In this document: piece after piece, positions 41,428 through 54,979 of the stretch
Numbering within the stretch: position 1 is the stretch's first letter
Layout: each line of letters opens with the position of its first letter
The notes under the pieces: generated by a model
The model's database searches: none
What the model saw: only the letters and a program-made list of their open reading frames with translations
What the model was told of the DNA's origin: nothing
Position numbers and translations under genes: made by a program
Assembly (NCBI GenBank): GCA_951406725.2
Contig: OX597817.1
Location: 117,056,001-117,120,000, forward strand
Length of the DNA: 64,000 nucleotides
From: Octopus vulgaris
Lineage: Eukaryota
Direction: 5' to 3'

Positions 41428-41608
41428 ATCACGTGATCACGTGACCAACGTGTCCATCAGATGTAGTTACACATCGTTGGTCACAATGCGTTCGCCTTGT
41501 TTTAGCCTTCGAATGACGCCACCCCGTTGGCTAAGCGAGCAGGCCAACAGAAGAAAGAGTGGGAGAAAGAGTTGTGAAAGTGGTACAGCAGGGATAACCA
41601 CCCCCTGT
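41428..41608 (-). mobile_element. SINE body and tail related to 3099-3486 and 48760-49020
   Basis: reverse complement of CAGGGG..CCCTGCTGTAC..TTTCAC.ACTCTTTCTC; tail shared with 48765-48892. Confidence 0.7.
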
Positions 41609-42030
41609 CATATATATATATATATATGATTTTGTTTATATTTCTCGATAAATTTTGAGCGTTAGACAATATACCAGAAATCCCTAGTTTGTCGGGTGTG
41701 TCTGCGTCTGCGCAGTGATCTGATTAGTTAGAGAGAGCAAATTATTAGACGCACATGTTTCTAGTGAGGTGCGATTTCACAATAACAGGGCTCTTACCGA
41801 TGAATTATCCCTGAGTAATTAAATTATTTTTATTACTGAAAAGAACGAAACTGCAGTCTAAGAGGAACCGAGTTAGTAAACGTTTTAATTTTCATTTCAC
41901 TAAATTTATCAAGCTTCTGTGTTTCTAGTACATACTTCGCCTTTTAATGTACTTATATATGAATAATATATGGCTTGTGCTAGAAATACCAGCGATAATA
42001 ATTAATTTTATTTTATCGCATTTTGAATTT

Positions 42031-42068
<38 letters not shown>

Positions 42069-42072
<4 letters not shown>

Positions 42073-42173
42073 AGAGTTTACGGAAAAACAAAAGACGAAG
42101 ACAGGTGGTGTACAAAAGAAACAGATGTTTTAGTATAACGATTAGGAATAGAAAATGTATTTTACGTTTCGAG

Positions 42174-42176
<3 letters not shown>
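42069..42176 (-). mobile_element. pLTR-like 3' fragment truncated inside a hammerhead-like motif
   Basis: GCTC-GAAAC-GTA-AAA on the minus strand with the 5' core replaced by (TA)n; layout similar to 13741-13860. Confidence 0.45.
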
Positions 42177-42253
<77 letters not shown>

Positions 42254-42393
42254 ACTAAACTTAGATATGTTTCGACCAAAGATTGGTCCAGGCCATGTCT
42301 AACTTAATAGCACCACCTGAGAGGATTATTCGAATCCTGTTTAAGTCAAGTTTTGTTCAAGTAGTGAGTTCTTGTTGGGTGAGTTGTATCCAA

Positions 42394-45300
42394 TTATGGG
42401 TGGCTTATCTGGTATTCTTTGAAGGAATCTATCCAGACTCCGTTTAAAGTTGATGGGATCCTTTTCCTCTTGATCTCCCTCGGGACAATGTGAAATAGGA
42501 CAGGGCCTGTTGAGGAAAAGAAATTATGTTGCAGTGTACATGCATGTTGTGATCTTGAATTGGGCAGGGGACGTATGGCCCGTGGTTCCAGTCTTGGATA
42601 AACCTTGAAGCTAATGTTAAGTTCGTTTGGGCAAAGTTGGCGGTATATTCTCCACATCGTAGAAATAATGTACCGCTCACCGCGACGCTGGAGGGAGTAA
42701 AGTTTCAAGGCTTTAAGGCGATCCCAATAATCGAGAGCAGCCATGCCTTCAATTCGTTTAGTGAGTGCCCTCTGGGGTGACTCAATTCTGGAGATGTTTT
42801 GTCTTGTATGGGGAGACCACAGTGGGCAGCAGTATTCAAGGTGTGGCCGTACAAAGGAGGAAAAAAGTGGTATGATGACACCTTGTTCTCTGGACCGGAA
42901 AGTTCTTAAGATCTAGGAACTCATCCTACGAGCTATATCGACCTTCTTGTTGATGTGTGCACTCCAACTGAGATCGTCATCAACAATTACACCCAGGTCT
43001 CTGATATTGTTAGAGGCTGTGAGCGGTTCCCCTGAAGGAAGAGAGTATGGTTGTTTTAGTGAGGAATTTCTTCCAAAATGCATCAGCTCAAATTTTCCTT
43101 CATTCACTTGCATTTTGTTTCTGTCTGCCCATTCACTCACAGCATATAGATCAGACTGGAGTTGAGTTCGGTCTGCTTCTTCATTGACGATTTGCTGGAA
43201 CTTAGTGTCATCAGCAAATATTTTCACTTTGCAGTAATGTACGACACTGGAAAGGTCGTTTATGTAAATTATGAAGAGTAGCGGACCCAAAACAGTCCCC
43301 TGGGGAACACCGCTGGTGACTTTTGCTGGGCTTGAGTGGACTCCATCAACTACAACATGTTGTGTTCTATTCGCCAGGAAATACTTAATCCAGTGTAGAA
43401 CTTTTCCACGGATTCCAACATTTGCCAATTTTGAGAGTAGGATATTATGGTCTACCCTGTCGAACGCTTTACTGAAGTCAAGATATATGATGTCAGAGTT
43501 CGAACCTGTTCCCAAGGCTTTGAGTACATCTTCAATGTGGTGTAAGAGCTGAGTTAGACAGTCCCTGCCACAGCGAAAGCCATGCCGATTTGCATTTAGG
43601 TGTTTGTGGGTCTCCAGGAAGTCAGCTATCCTTGATCTTAACACTCTTTGAAACACTTTAATGATGTGGGAGGTGAGTGAGATTGGGCGATAGTTGACTG
43701 CGAGGGATCTGTTTCCCTGTTTGAAAACCGGGATGACCGACTGGGATAGAAACTGTTTCGGTATATAACCTGCGTCTAACGAATTTCTCCAGAGGTTGGT
43801 CAGAGGGACTGCAAGTTGGTGTCTACATTCCTTCGGGAGACTAGCGGGGAATCTATCAGGGCCTACAGCAGAGTAATATTTGACCTCATTTATTGCTGCT
43901 ACGATGTCAGTGGCAGTGAAGGTTATGTCTGAGGTTTTATGTTGGGAGTCAACTTCGTTCGTTTCTCTTACGTCAATATCAGTGGGAACACTAAAGACAG
44001 AACAGTATTGTTTCTGCAGTATTTCTGCCATTTCTTTAGCATCGTGTTGGGGAATGCCGTTATCATCAATCAATGGCCCAATGGGTGAGACGGTGGTTCT
44101 ATGCTTATTTGCATAAGAATAGAACACTTTTGGGTTCTGTTTGATGTTTTTGATTACCCACTGTTCCTCCACAGCTCTTTGATTTTCAATGGAGGTTTTC
44201 ATGTTGGTCTGCAGATGAAATTTTTCCAGCTCTAGTCTTTTCATTGTTGTTGAATGTGGATGTTGTGTGTGGGAATATTTTAATTGGTTGATTTTTTTGT
44301 TGAGTCTTTTGATGCGCCTGATGAGTGTTTTTTTTCTTTTTAGGGAGCCGGTTTCTGTTTGTGTTAGTAGATTTCGTGGGAGCGTGTTTAGAGCATGTAT
44401 AGGTGACAATGTTTTCAAAGTGCTGCCACGCGGTCTCAATATGAGAGGAATTGAGAGTAAAAGACCAGTCGATGGAAGACAGATCCTTTCTGATTGCTCC
44501 CCAGTCCGCTTTGTGGAAGTTTATGTTGTCAAATGGGTGCCATGGAGTGGGATTGGCTGGTTTGGTTTTTATATGTCGGGAATTAAAATTGCAGAGTACC
44601 ATGTCGTGGTCTGAGAGAAGAGTTTTTTCGACTGAGATACTGTGAACGTAGCTAGAGTGATTGGTCAATACCAGATCCAAGATCGTTTTATTCTGTCTCG
44701 TTGGTTCGAGCACTAGCTGAGTCAGGAAATACTCATCCATCAGATTAAAGAGCAGTTCTGCTGCTGCTCTATCTGATGTAGAGCACTTGCCTAACTTCAG
44801 AGTATTTGTGGGCCAGTTCACATGAGGGAGGTTAAAATCACCCATCACTAGTATGTTTCCGGAGTGGTACTTCCGAAGGAAGGACTTGACTTTGCTAAGG
44901 CACTCTTCAAAGTACTTTAGAGGTGCCTGGGGAGGCCTGTAAAGACCAACAATGATTATGTCCTTGGCTTTGTTGTATAGTGATACCGATTCACAGTAGC
45001 CATTGGAAAATATGTCCTTGGTATCAAGTGAAAAGGAGTCATGGATAAAGATAGCTGTCCCTCCCTTATTTCGGTCTGTGCGATCCGCACGAACAATGGT
45101 GAAATCTTTTATTTTCACCTCTGCGTCCATATGGGTGTAGTTCATGTGAGTCCCGGTAAGGATAAAGAAAGGGAAGCAATGTGCCATTTCGTCAAGCCAA
45201 CTCTCTATATATGGGATCTTCCATTTTTGGGCAATAATTGATGGGTTGATGCCACATACATTTAACAGGAATGTCGATATAAGGGAAGTTGTTAATGGGT

Positions 45301-45436
45301 GAGTGGTCCTTGTGATTTGCATAGGTGGTTGCTGATAGCTCGCTGGATCTCCTGGCTTAGGTCGGCCTTCATATTTTCTAGGTTTGTCAGAAAAAAGAGT
45401 TACTTGTTTGGTTTGCCACTTGGTCAGAGGATACAT
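42394..45436 (-). pseudogene. LINE ORF2 (APE endonuclease plus RT), broken by a frameshift in an A-run near 44330 and a TAG at 42913
   Basis: LLNVCGI, RADR..KGGT, LYRPP, GDFNLP, LDLVLTN, SDHD; NYRPISLTS, DFSKAFDRV, GVPQGTVLGP, FADD; the frame continues past the TAG into VRPHLEYC and LYSLQRR. Confidence 0.9.
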
Positions 45437-45477
45437 ATTTCATGTTGGCGTTATTTGGTGTTTTTTCATGGTTCTGT

Positions 45478-46539
45478 CTACGTTTTTGATTGTAGGAGGG
45501 GAAACGTGGTTGTATTTTGTTCTTGTTGTTGTCCTAGTTTCCTCTGTTCCTGTTTATATTTATTCTGTGATCGTTTTGTGCCCTTCAGATGGTGGTGGTT
45601 GCATTCTGGGTTCAGGCACATCCTTTGTGACACAGAAGTTTGGCACAGTTTAGGATGGAATAAGGTGCATCCATTGCCTTTTGTGCATCCGTATTTAGGA
45701 TCAGAACCATGGATTCTGTATTTAGGACAGTATTTGGGGTGGAGGTGGGGGCAATTTTTTCCTGTTATACCATATGGACAGGTGCCCTTAACAAGTCTAC
45801 GACATAAGGTAGGATGGGAAAAAGCACAACGTCCATTGTTGTTTGTGCCGCTGGGGCCAAATTTACAGTTGCCTTTAGAATAGTAACGGCAGTGGGTTTT
45901 ATGTGGTTGTAGTAGTGGTTTTTCTATTCTGGCAGTAGTAGCAGTAGTATTAGAAGCAGGTTGTTGATTTTGTGATAGTGGGTTCTGGCTTGCCAGAATG
46001 TGGTCAAATCTGCAGCTGCCTTGAGAGTAGTAACGGCAGATAGTTTTATGTGGATGTAGTAGTGATTTTTCTATTCTGGCTGTAGCAGTAATAGTAGAGT
46101 GTTGTTTTTGTTGTAGCAACATTGAAACTTGACTAGTAGTAGTATTAGAGTGTTGTTGTTGTTGTTGTTGTTTTTGTTGCTGTAGCGGCAGTGAAACTTG
46201 ACTTGGTTCATCAGGTGCTGTTGCCAATGGAAGTAGGTCAGTTGATTGTTGCTGTTGAAGTGACCCCTGACCTGTTGGAATTTGGTCATTTGGTGTACTG
46301 GATTCATTGGCAAGAATGGCTTCTAGTGTAGCCATGTGCGCGTGGAAAATAGGGAATATTCTAACAATTTCTTTTATTTTATTTTCGATCTGTTTTACAG
46401 ATCTGTGAAAGGATTTTTTCGCTAAATCCTCAGTTATTTTACTGTAATCATTAGCTTCGTTGTGATGGATGAACCAAGCGTTAATCATTGCAGTAATTTC
46501 ATTTTCAACGCAGCGGCGTTTTTGAATATTATTGGCCAT
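45478..46539 (-). CDS. LINE ORF1: Myb/SANT-like N-terminus, Q-rich linker, CCCH zinc-finger array
   Basis: likely ATG at 46539 (MANNIQ); fingers CRYYSKGNCKFG..CAFSH, CRRLVKGTCPYG..CPHLH, CPKY..GCTKGNGCTLFH, CQTS..CLNPECNHHH. Confidence 0.8.
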   Translation of the reverse strand: MANNIQKRRCVENEITAMINAWFIHHNEANDYSKITEDLAKKSFHRSVKQIENKIKEIVRIFPIFHAHMATLEAILANESSTPNDQIPTGQGSLQQQQSTDLLPLATAPDEPSQVSLPLQQQKQQQQQQHSNTTTSQVSMLLQQKQHSTITATARIEKSLLHPHKTICRYYSQGSCRFDHILASQNPLSQNQQPASNTTATTARIEKPLLQPHKTHCRYYSKGNCKFGPSGTNNNGRCAFSHPTLCRRLVKGTCPYGITGKNCPHLHPKYCPKYRIHGSDPKYGCTKGNGCTLFHPKLCQTSVSQRMCLNPECNHHHLKGTKRSQNKYKQEQRKLGQQQEQNTTTFPLLQSKT

Positions 46540-47359
46540 ATTCAGTGGGGTAGTGTTGTGTAATATATATATGTATGTGTATGCGTGTATATGTATATGT
46601 ACACCAGTTATTGATGGCTTGATGTTAAATAGTGAATACACCGTTGAAAAGTTTGTGTCGATATACTCGGAATTGCGTGGCTTGTGTATGGGAGAGTTCA
46701 GTGTAATTAGTTCAATCAGGATGAGCAGTGTGTTTAATGCAGATCAAGTAAAAAGAAAGAAGAATTGTACTCACGGGACTAGTTTTAGAACTAGTCTTGG
46801 GTTTAGTTTTGGGTTATATTTCTTTCTCCAGGTTGTATATAGATTTGTATAAATTTATCCTCCGATGGTAGTAAAAGAGTAGTATAGTAGGATTGTAGAG
46901 TTCAAAAGTTTTGAGATTAAAAACAAGGAGAGTTTATGTTGGCTTGAGTTGAGTTGAGTTAAATTGAGTTGAAATATGCAACTTTGGTTACTGACGGGAG
47001 CTATATATATTGTTGTATTTAGGAATGGTCACTTTGCCAGTTTAGCCAATACATACATACATACACATATACACACAAGAAGGTGCAGAATAGTTCCTAG
47101 CTTAAGGGTACTGCAAAATACCTGGTTGGAGGCCCAACTTTCCGAGTTCTTTTACAGGATTTATGAAATCTGAAGGACCACTACAATGTATGTATGTATG
47201 TATGTATGTATGTGCGTACGTACGTATGTGCGTACGTACGTATGTACGTATGTATGCATGCATGTATGTACGTATGTATGTACGTATTAATGTATGCATA
47301 CATGCATGTACGTATGTATGTATGTATGAATGTACGTGTAGTCAACTTAAAATTATAAA

Positions 47360-47500
47360 TAAATAAAAGTAACACAGAAGTGAAAAGGACGTACGCGGAG
47401 AGTGGATTCGGTCGATGCTCGGTTTATCATGGAAAAAAAGGTGTGATGTGACGTTTCGAGCAATACTCTTCGTCGGAAAGAGGAAAGTCTATAGTTGCAG
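47360..47500 (-). mobile_element. pLTR-like fragment with a degenerate minimal hammerhead (47446-47480)
   Basis: CTTT-CCGACGA-aGAGtattgCTC-GAAAC-GTC; stem I pairs poorly. Confidence 0.5.
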
Positions 47501-48759
47501 ATAGAATTGAAAAAGTATAGCGTGAGGAAAGCAAGTGATGCACATATATCGGTATCTATCCATTCAGCAAGCTAGATAGATAGTACATTTATTTGTGATT
47601 GTGTACTTTCGTGTGTGTATGTGTGAGTATAGGTTTCGAGATTTAAAAGAAAGCTATTTAGGAAATGTCGATATTGAAACTTCTGATATTTCTTTTAGCG
47701 AATGTCATCAATGGGAAACATATTTTGAAAAAAGTTGAAAACTCAAAAATGATATTTCATGTTTTACCATTCAGCATTAATGTTTCATTTTTATCTAAAA
47801 TAGTTTATGTCTTTTTATTCAATTTCTTTCTCTGTATATATTTTCGCATTCAGATGTTCTTATTTATCTTATTTCATAACATATCTTATAAGTTTTTTTC
47901 ACAAGTTTGCTAAGTTTTCCATTTTCACATTAACTTTATATATAACATTATATTAAGTCGGGATAATTCTGAAATTTCAAACTATCTTGTATAAAAGAAA
48001 CTAGATGTCATTGTAATGGTATGTTTCTATACATTATAGTGTTTTTATTATTAGAGATTCATGAGTTGTCTTTAAAAAACACTCTACTTACTACCTTTCT
48101 ATTTTCTTTGTCAAATTAACTACTTATAATTATGACATTTTTGTTTTTGTTCCTACTCCGAATGTGAACCTAAGATTTATAAACCGATGATCAACGCCTC
48201 CTGCCATGTTTGCGCTGTGTTTTAGAAGCTATGTATCACTTTGATACCTATGACATCAATAAGTAACTTCACGATAGTTTCCTGATATTCTAAACACGGA
48301 TCTCGTCGATAAAGAAGCACCTTCATGGCTCCATTTTCATCATGTTGTTGTTAAAGAAGTCTTAATTAAAACTGACACTGAATGACAATGAATGACAATG
48401 AATGATATCGTTATATTCTGATAATTGGCCATATTAGTTTTCTATCCGAGTACAAATAAGAATCTGACATAGTAAAAGATATGACCAAGCAAATTTGCAG
48501 TTGTTTTTTAAGGTGACGAAAGAATTGACCTAATCGAAATTTCTGGAACTCCGGAATCTGCATCAATAGTGAGCCACAAAAATCGTTACTTATCTCTATA
48601 CGTATTGTTCCAGAGAATACTAAGGTTGTTGGTCGTAGAAACTTTGCATTGCCAATGTTCTGTTACGATCTACTGGACCTTTGGACTGGTAGTGCAATAA
48701 AATACATATTACTAACAATGCGTATTAAAATTATGATCCAATGAGCATATAGTTTAATT

Positions 48760-49020
48760 GCATGTCACGTGATCCAGTGATAACATGACCGACCAGTTTT
48801 TCAGACGTTGTTACACATCGCTGGTCACAATGCGCTTTGCATCGTTTTAGGCTTCGAATGACAGCACAGAGCTGGCTCGACGAGCAGGCCAACATTTCGT
48901 CCCCTACCCGATCATAAAGAGGACTGCAACAATATGAAATGAAGTGTTTTTTCTCAAGAACACAAAGTGCCGCCCGGTCTGGGAATCGATTGTGAGTGCA
49001 ACAGCCTAACTACTAGGACG
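48760..49020 (-). mobile_element. tRNA-SINE, diverged and chimeric
   Basis: head TCGATTCCCAGACCGGG matches 3158-3175; tail matches 41430-41550. Confidence 0.7.
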
Positions 49021-49679
49021 CGAAAGTTTGAGTTATTATGTTGTTTCAAAGTAACACGTAAATATCCTCAATAAATAAACCGTACTATGTGATACTTCTT
49101 TCCTGGCGTTATAATGACATTTTGATAAATATAGGAAATCATAAAGTTGACACTGATTGAATTACATGACCAGGCTCACCAATTTTACGTTCACCGAGAA
49201 AACAGGAAGCTGCTAATTACGTCGAAGAAGCAATGTAAGTTTACAGCAAGTACGGAACTGGAAAAATTAATTCAGTGGAGCATGTTATCCTTTGTTACCT
49301 AGGATTGCAGCCTCATTTATTTCTATGGCTTTTCATTCTAACCGTTGAGGTTAAAATATCAATAACCTTTAAGTGCAGACATATTTAGAAACACTATTAA
49401 TCAGACAACTTGCAGAAAATAACGAAAAATTGGAAATGTATAAACCTAGAGGGATCAAAATAAGAGTTAGGAGAAATTATAGAGGAAATACGTTTTACCG
49501 ATATATAGGAAGAGAGTGGGTTATGATATGTTTTATTCAAAGTGCAAGTGAAAGATGAAAATGCCTTCAGACATGTAACAGAACGGCCAGAAACCAGGAA
49601 GTTCGACGCGACAGATATATAATTAATGAGGTGCTAAGAAGACACACTAAGAATGAGAACAATTAGTATAAGTTTCCTA

Positions 49680-49990
49680 AATCAATTAGGTTTGAAGATA
49701 TTTGTAATTGTAATGTATAAGTTAGAATTATAAACAGTCGACCAGCTTATTGACCTTATTGCAATGAAAGGTTTCTTTTTTATGTATGTGTCAAACCAAG
49801 TATTATTTGGAAACAACTTATAGATACAAGTAATACTAGGGGAATGCTCCCCTTGGCGGTCACTAGCAGGAGAAATTGCAAGCCATTTTGAGGCCTTCTT
49901 CTCGCCAACATTATTGCGCACCGGCCAAATTCTCTGAGATGAGGCCCCACTTGCTTGATTAGCTGGTTTCTAGGCTTCACTCAATATGCA
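49680..49990 (-). pseudogene. Possible highly decayed PLE GIY-YIG C-terminus
   Basis: HLRE..ASKWL...F.IA..LYI..FKPN pattern; weak. Confidence 0.3.
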
Positions 49991-50821
49991 TCCAATCATT
50001 ACTCACCGTATCTTTTAAATCAAACCCAGTGGTTTTTCTTCTCCACTGTAGCCTGAATATTGTTTATTTAGATTTATATTAAAGTGTCAGAGACACACAG
50101 GAGATTCAGAAACAAAGTTTACAGAAAACATGTCACGATATGTACACTATTGTCTTGCGACAAATAAAGATTGCTATTACTAAATCTGGAAACTAGGGAA
50201 CAAAGAAAAGTCCTACAATCTAGAAGCATCCGTTGATATAAATACAGACACAAAGCTGTGCTGGTATCGAGAGATGATTCAACTTGGAAATGTGTACCAA
50301 CTGGAAAAATACTCGAGGGATGACATTAAGATTATGAATGTTAGTCATGATCTTATGTCCAACACGACAACCTTCAGAAAAAATGGCATGCTTTGTAACA
50401 GATCTATCCTCTGCATTTAACCATAGATTGACAAATTTAAAACCGTTAACGACGACGACGAGAATGACTGTTAATACTGCCACGATTATAATGGTTCCGT
50501 TTTAAGGTACAAGCGCATGGAAGTTGCTGACTTGGTTTAATATAAATAACGGTATAATTTAAAATTAGTATTTATTTCAGAATTATTTTACATTAAGCAT
50601 CAAACACACTACATGATTTTAGATCATGTTAGATTACAGATTAAAACGAAGATAAGTTATACTTACTTTGCCTTAACGTTTCTGCCAATAATACACACAC
50701 TAACACACACACACATACATACATTCATACACATGCATACACATATATAACATCATCATCACCATCATCATCACTACTACCATCACCACCCCACCACTAC
50801 TACTATTACAACTACTACTAG

Positions 50822-50867
<46 letters not shown>

Positions 50868-50929
50868 TATATATATAAGCAAAAATAATAGTTCCAAAAT
50901 CGTTTTTGTTTTTTCACTTCTTCCACATT

Positions 50930-51620
50930 CTAAATTTCGTAGCACCAGCTTTTTTCACCAGTGATGACCTTCAAAAGAACGTCCGGATCAACATTCTTTC
51001 AGTTCACCACACGCATTCAGTCGTAACTGCTTTTGTTACCCCGTGAGAAAGCGAGGCTCAAATTTTACTGCAACTCTCTTCATAAGCAATTCCTCGCTCA
51101 AAATTCGTTGGCCGGAGCTCTATGACACAGAAGTCGTATCAACAAGTTTCTCAATCATTCGGTGACTGTCCTCCAAGATCAGTTCATGAATTTTCATGAT
51201 GTTTTCATTCGTTCGGGAGGTCGACGGTCACCCTGAACGAGAGTGGTCTTCAATCGGCAAATAACCATTTCTAAAGCGTGTAAATAACCCGGAAACTTGT
51301 GTGTTGCTCCTGGTACTATCCTTGTATGCTGTGTTAAGCATGACAACTGTCTCGGAAGCCGTTTTCCCCAACAGAAATCAAAATTTCATGGAAGCACGGT
51401 GTTCCTTCCTTTCAGCCATCGCATGAATCAACGAACTGTAAGGGGAAGCAGTGAAAACAAAGTTGAACCACCTAGAAGTACGCTTCAGCCGAGGCCACTG
51501 GTCGACGGATTGCAGCCTGAGGGTCGCACCAAGTGAATTCTAGCAGCGGAAATCTGAACTGGAACAGGCTAGTCTCACAGAGAACGTTTCCATTTACTTT
51601 TGGGCAGTACCTCCTCGTAT
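50930..51620 (-). mobile_element. Mariner relic: 5' TIR plus N-terminal transposase
   Basis: TA-CGAGGAGGTACTGCCCAAAAGTAAATGGAAA end; ATG at 51419: MAERKEHRASMKF*FLLGKTASET...EDHSRSG*PSTS...KFEPRFLT...VITGEKSWCY. Confidence 0.9.
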
Positions 51621-51632
51621 TTAAATAGTGTG

Positions 51633-51671
<39 letters not shown>

Positions 51672-51678
51672 CCACACA

Positions 51679-51737
<59 letters not shown>

Positions 51738-52073
51738 CCTCCTCACATCTCTGCAAATTTAAATCTACACTACGGATTAATTCATCTTCTTTTTGAAACT
51801 AATACGTTTTTAAAAATCTGTGATAAGACTGTGCATCATCATTAAGGAACTTTGGAAATCTGTTTGCAACCTATATCTGCCTTTAATGGAATTATCTCCA
51901 ATATTTCATGAATATAACCTCACCCACTAAGATGTTTGGAGAACTCATATGTATTTTAGCTGATGAGTACGGGACACTTTTATCTGCTGCAATTTTTGCA
52001 ACTTGTAATAAAGCCTGTCTTTGTATGAAACAATTGTACTAAAAACTAATCCATTCTTGTTGCTTCTTTCTCG

Positions 52074-52114
<41 letters not shown>

Positions 52115-53410
52115 CCATATCTATCATACTCACTGAAATTTGAACAGTTAAGCGAACGTGTTTTTATCTAGGAATATCCATTTCGATATAGCGAAAGTTA
52201 TCGACGTCAGAATATTATTGGCTGCTATTATGTAATACATCTGCAAATTCACTGTAATATCGCAGCATGTCGGGACTCGATGACATTCCTATGTAATCTG
52301 TTCATTATTACTATTCATCCAACTACATAATACGGTTTCTCATAAATGTATATGAGTAAATCATTTTGCCTGATTGGGATTGATCAGGGCCGCAGTGAAA
52401 TGAAAGTTTTATGTGCTTAGCAAGTTTCAGAGTGAATCGGAGCATCGATTATTTTGTGATATGTGTGGCATTGTTAAGTTAAGCATGCTCATTGAATGTC
52501 ATTTTGTAGGTAAATAAAATATATTCATTGTACCATGAGCACAGGAAATTGCGTGCATGACTACTGTCACATTATTAAGAAACTGTACCGAAATCAGTTG
52601 ACGGGTTATTGAAAAGCAAAGGTTAAATTATGAAAACGAAATGTGTTCCTTTTAAAGGTGCCTATTAGATATATCGTGAAATAAAATGAGTCAAGAATCA
52701 TTTAATAATTTATGATATACGAATTCACATAAGAAATATGGAAAAGCCGATGTTTGTACAACATACGCAATTTTAAAAGATTAATTATAATCTTTTGAAA
52801 CTAATTAAAATCTGTACATACACACGCTCATACTTTTACAAATATACATGTATACATACTAGCAGAAAGACTGCCCTCTAGGCGGTTTTATGCTAGTCAC
52901 TCGATAATATTTCCACATTTGATTCCCAATTCTTATCATTTTTATCATATTTTACGTCTAATTATTTCTTCATATAATAGCGTCCACTCGCTTAGTAAAT
53001 ATCGCTTTCATTATTTCATCACAGTCATAATCCCTCTTTTTTTAAAAAAGTCAATCTGTTATATATATTTATCATTAATAATTGGTAGAACTTACATAAG
53101 TGTGCATAGATAGATAGACAGATAGATAGATAAATAGATGGATGGATGGATTGATGGAGAGAGGGAAGGAGGGAGGGATACACCCACACGCGGGCACAAA
53201 AGTATGGTGCTGTGAGAAAACATGAGAATGGCGTTTCCTTACTTTTTCAAATACATCTAAATTTAAAATGATATAATATAACGATATCATTCATCCGGCA
53301 TGTTTTGAAATATGCCAAAACAATTTAATTCCACACAAATATATGTTACTTTATATATACTTTATATGCTAATTCTATTTACTGAAACTTACTAAAATGC
53401 ATATTTTGCT

Positions 53411-54300
53411 TTAAAGTAATATCTCCTTGTAGACACAATTATAAGTAATCATACTGTTTCCATTAATACCAGCCAATATTTTTACATTAGCCTTCTTTCG
53501 AACTCTAGGTAATGCAACACACAGCCGACCATGTGAGAAAAATTGTGTTGGAAGATATATTCCAATTTGTTCACATGTCTGTCCCAGTGCCTTGTTGCAC
53601 GTCAAGGCAAAATCTGGTTTGACAGGAAATTGCGTGTAAATGTGAATGTAAATTCCATTTCTTGAGATATATGAGGTATTCTTGGAATTAGCAGAGTTGA
53701 TCCTGCATAACGACCAGAAGCAACCTCCGCCTCAGTAATATGGTCATGTAAACTGACAATGATGTAGCTTGTACCATTGCAATGTTCCCCAGAAGAATTT
53801 TGCATCATTTCTTTTCAGTTTGAGAATGTGTAGTGGAAACCCTGATGGTGTAAGTTTTTTGATGGACTCGATTGGGTCCAGAGTTGATTGATTGTCAACT
53901 GTATCTGAGCTTCTGTATATATTTAGCTCACCAGGGATCCTGGTCAATAGAAAATCATTCACAGATTGTGCTGCTTCATTTGTTGGGGCAACAATGGTTT
54001 TATTTGCAAGTCACACATGGATTGTGAAGTTACTTTTGGCGCTGGCATATAAAAAATCAACTAGACCTGAAAGTGTACCACTTTTAAGGCAAATGTCATT
54101 GGTTTAGTTTGATTTTGAATTCACCTAGGCTTTGTTTAACAGGAATGTTACCATTTCCTACATCAAGAATGTAACTAGCAAACTCTCTTTAAGTAGAATG
54201 ACTTTTTCTAAGAGGTCTTAGAATGGTCGTCAACACTACTACTTCCATATGATCGCAAAGAAAAGATCTCTTTAGTGTTGCATCAACAATTTTGCGAACT
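53411..54300 (-). pseudogene. Helitron RepHel PIF1-like helicase C-terminal remnant
   Basis: IVAPTN, LTPSGFPLHILKLK, CNGT, LIPRI, TCNKALGQT..GIYLP..FSHGRLCVALPRV, NCVYKEIL. Confidence 0.9.
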
Positions 54301-54579
54301 GACACAATTATTTTGAAGTAGAATAATTTCCTCTCAAGATACAGTTACCAGTCGGTCATGTGTAGCGAAAAGAGAATCATGTCTACGTATCCGTGCATAT
54401 TCAGACATGTGTTTCAGTCGCTTTGTCCTGCTTTCATCTGATTCGGTTGCCCGTCATTCTTTCTACCATTGGGCCTTTGCTGCTAAATTTTCGTTTTCAG
54501 CCGCATATCATATATAGATGAAAGCTAGTTGAAAACTATCTTGTTTAGCGTGCTAGAAACAACAGCGATCACATAGTCT

Positions 54580-54975
54580 TTATTCTTTTCTACTCTAGGC
54601 ATAAGGCCTGAAATTTTTTTTTTGGGGGGGGGCATTAGGTTACATCGACCCCAGTACGCAACTGGTAATTAATTTATCGACCCCGAAGGGATGAAAAGCA
54701 AAGTCGACCTCGGTGGAATTTGAACTCGGAACATAAATACAGACGAAGTGCATATTTCTTTACTACCCATAATGGGCTAAACACAGAGACGACAAACAAG
54801 GACAGACAAACGGTTTAAGTCGATTATATCGACTCCAGTGCGTAACTGGTACTTATTTAATCGACCCCGAAAGGATAAAAGGCAAAGTCGACCTCCGTGG
54901 AATTTGAACTCAGAACGTAACGGCAGACGAAATACCGGTAAGCATTTCGCCCTGCGTGCTAACGTTTCTGCCTTT
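54580..54975 (-). mobile_element. Two tandem GTCGAC-core SINEs inserted in the Helitron
   Basis: repeated ATCGAC.CCAGT.CG.AACTGGTA and AAAGTCGACCTC..GGAATTTGAACTC blocks, with different tails. Confidence 0.8.
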
Positions 54976-54979
54976 CCCC

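Larger units (their letters stand above)
42250..47003 (-). mobile_element. Apparently full-length two-ORF CR1/L2-group LINE, inactivated
   Basis: 5' UTR with (TCAAC)n, ORF1, APE+RT ORF2, 3' stem-loop GACCAA-tct-TTGGTC; TA flanks. Confidence 0.9.

Noticed and set aside
42255-42302. CTG-GACCAA/TTGGTC-GAAAC at the LINE 3' end resembling a hammerhead
   Set aside because: Lacks CUGANGA; better explained as a LINE 3' recognition stem-loop
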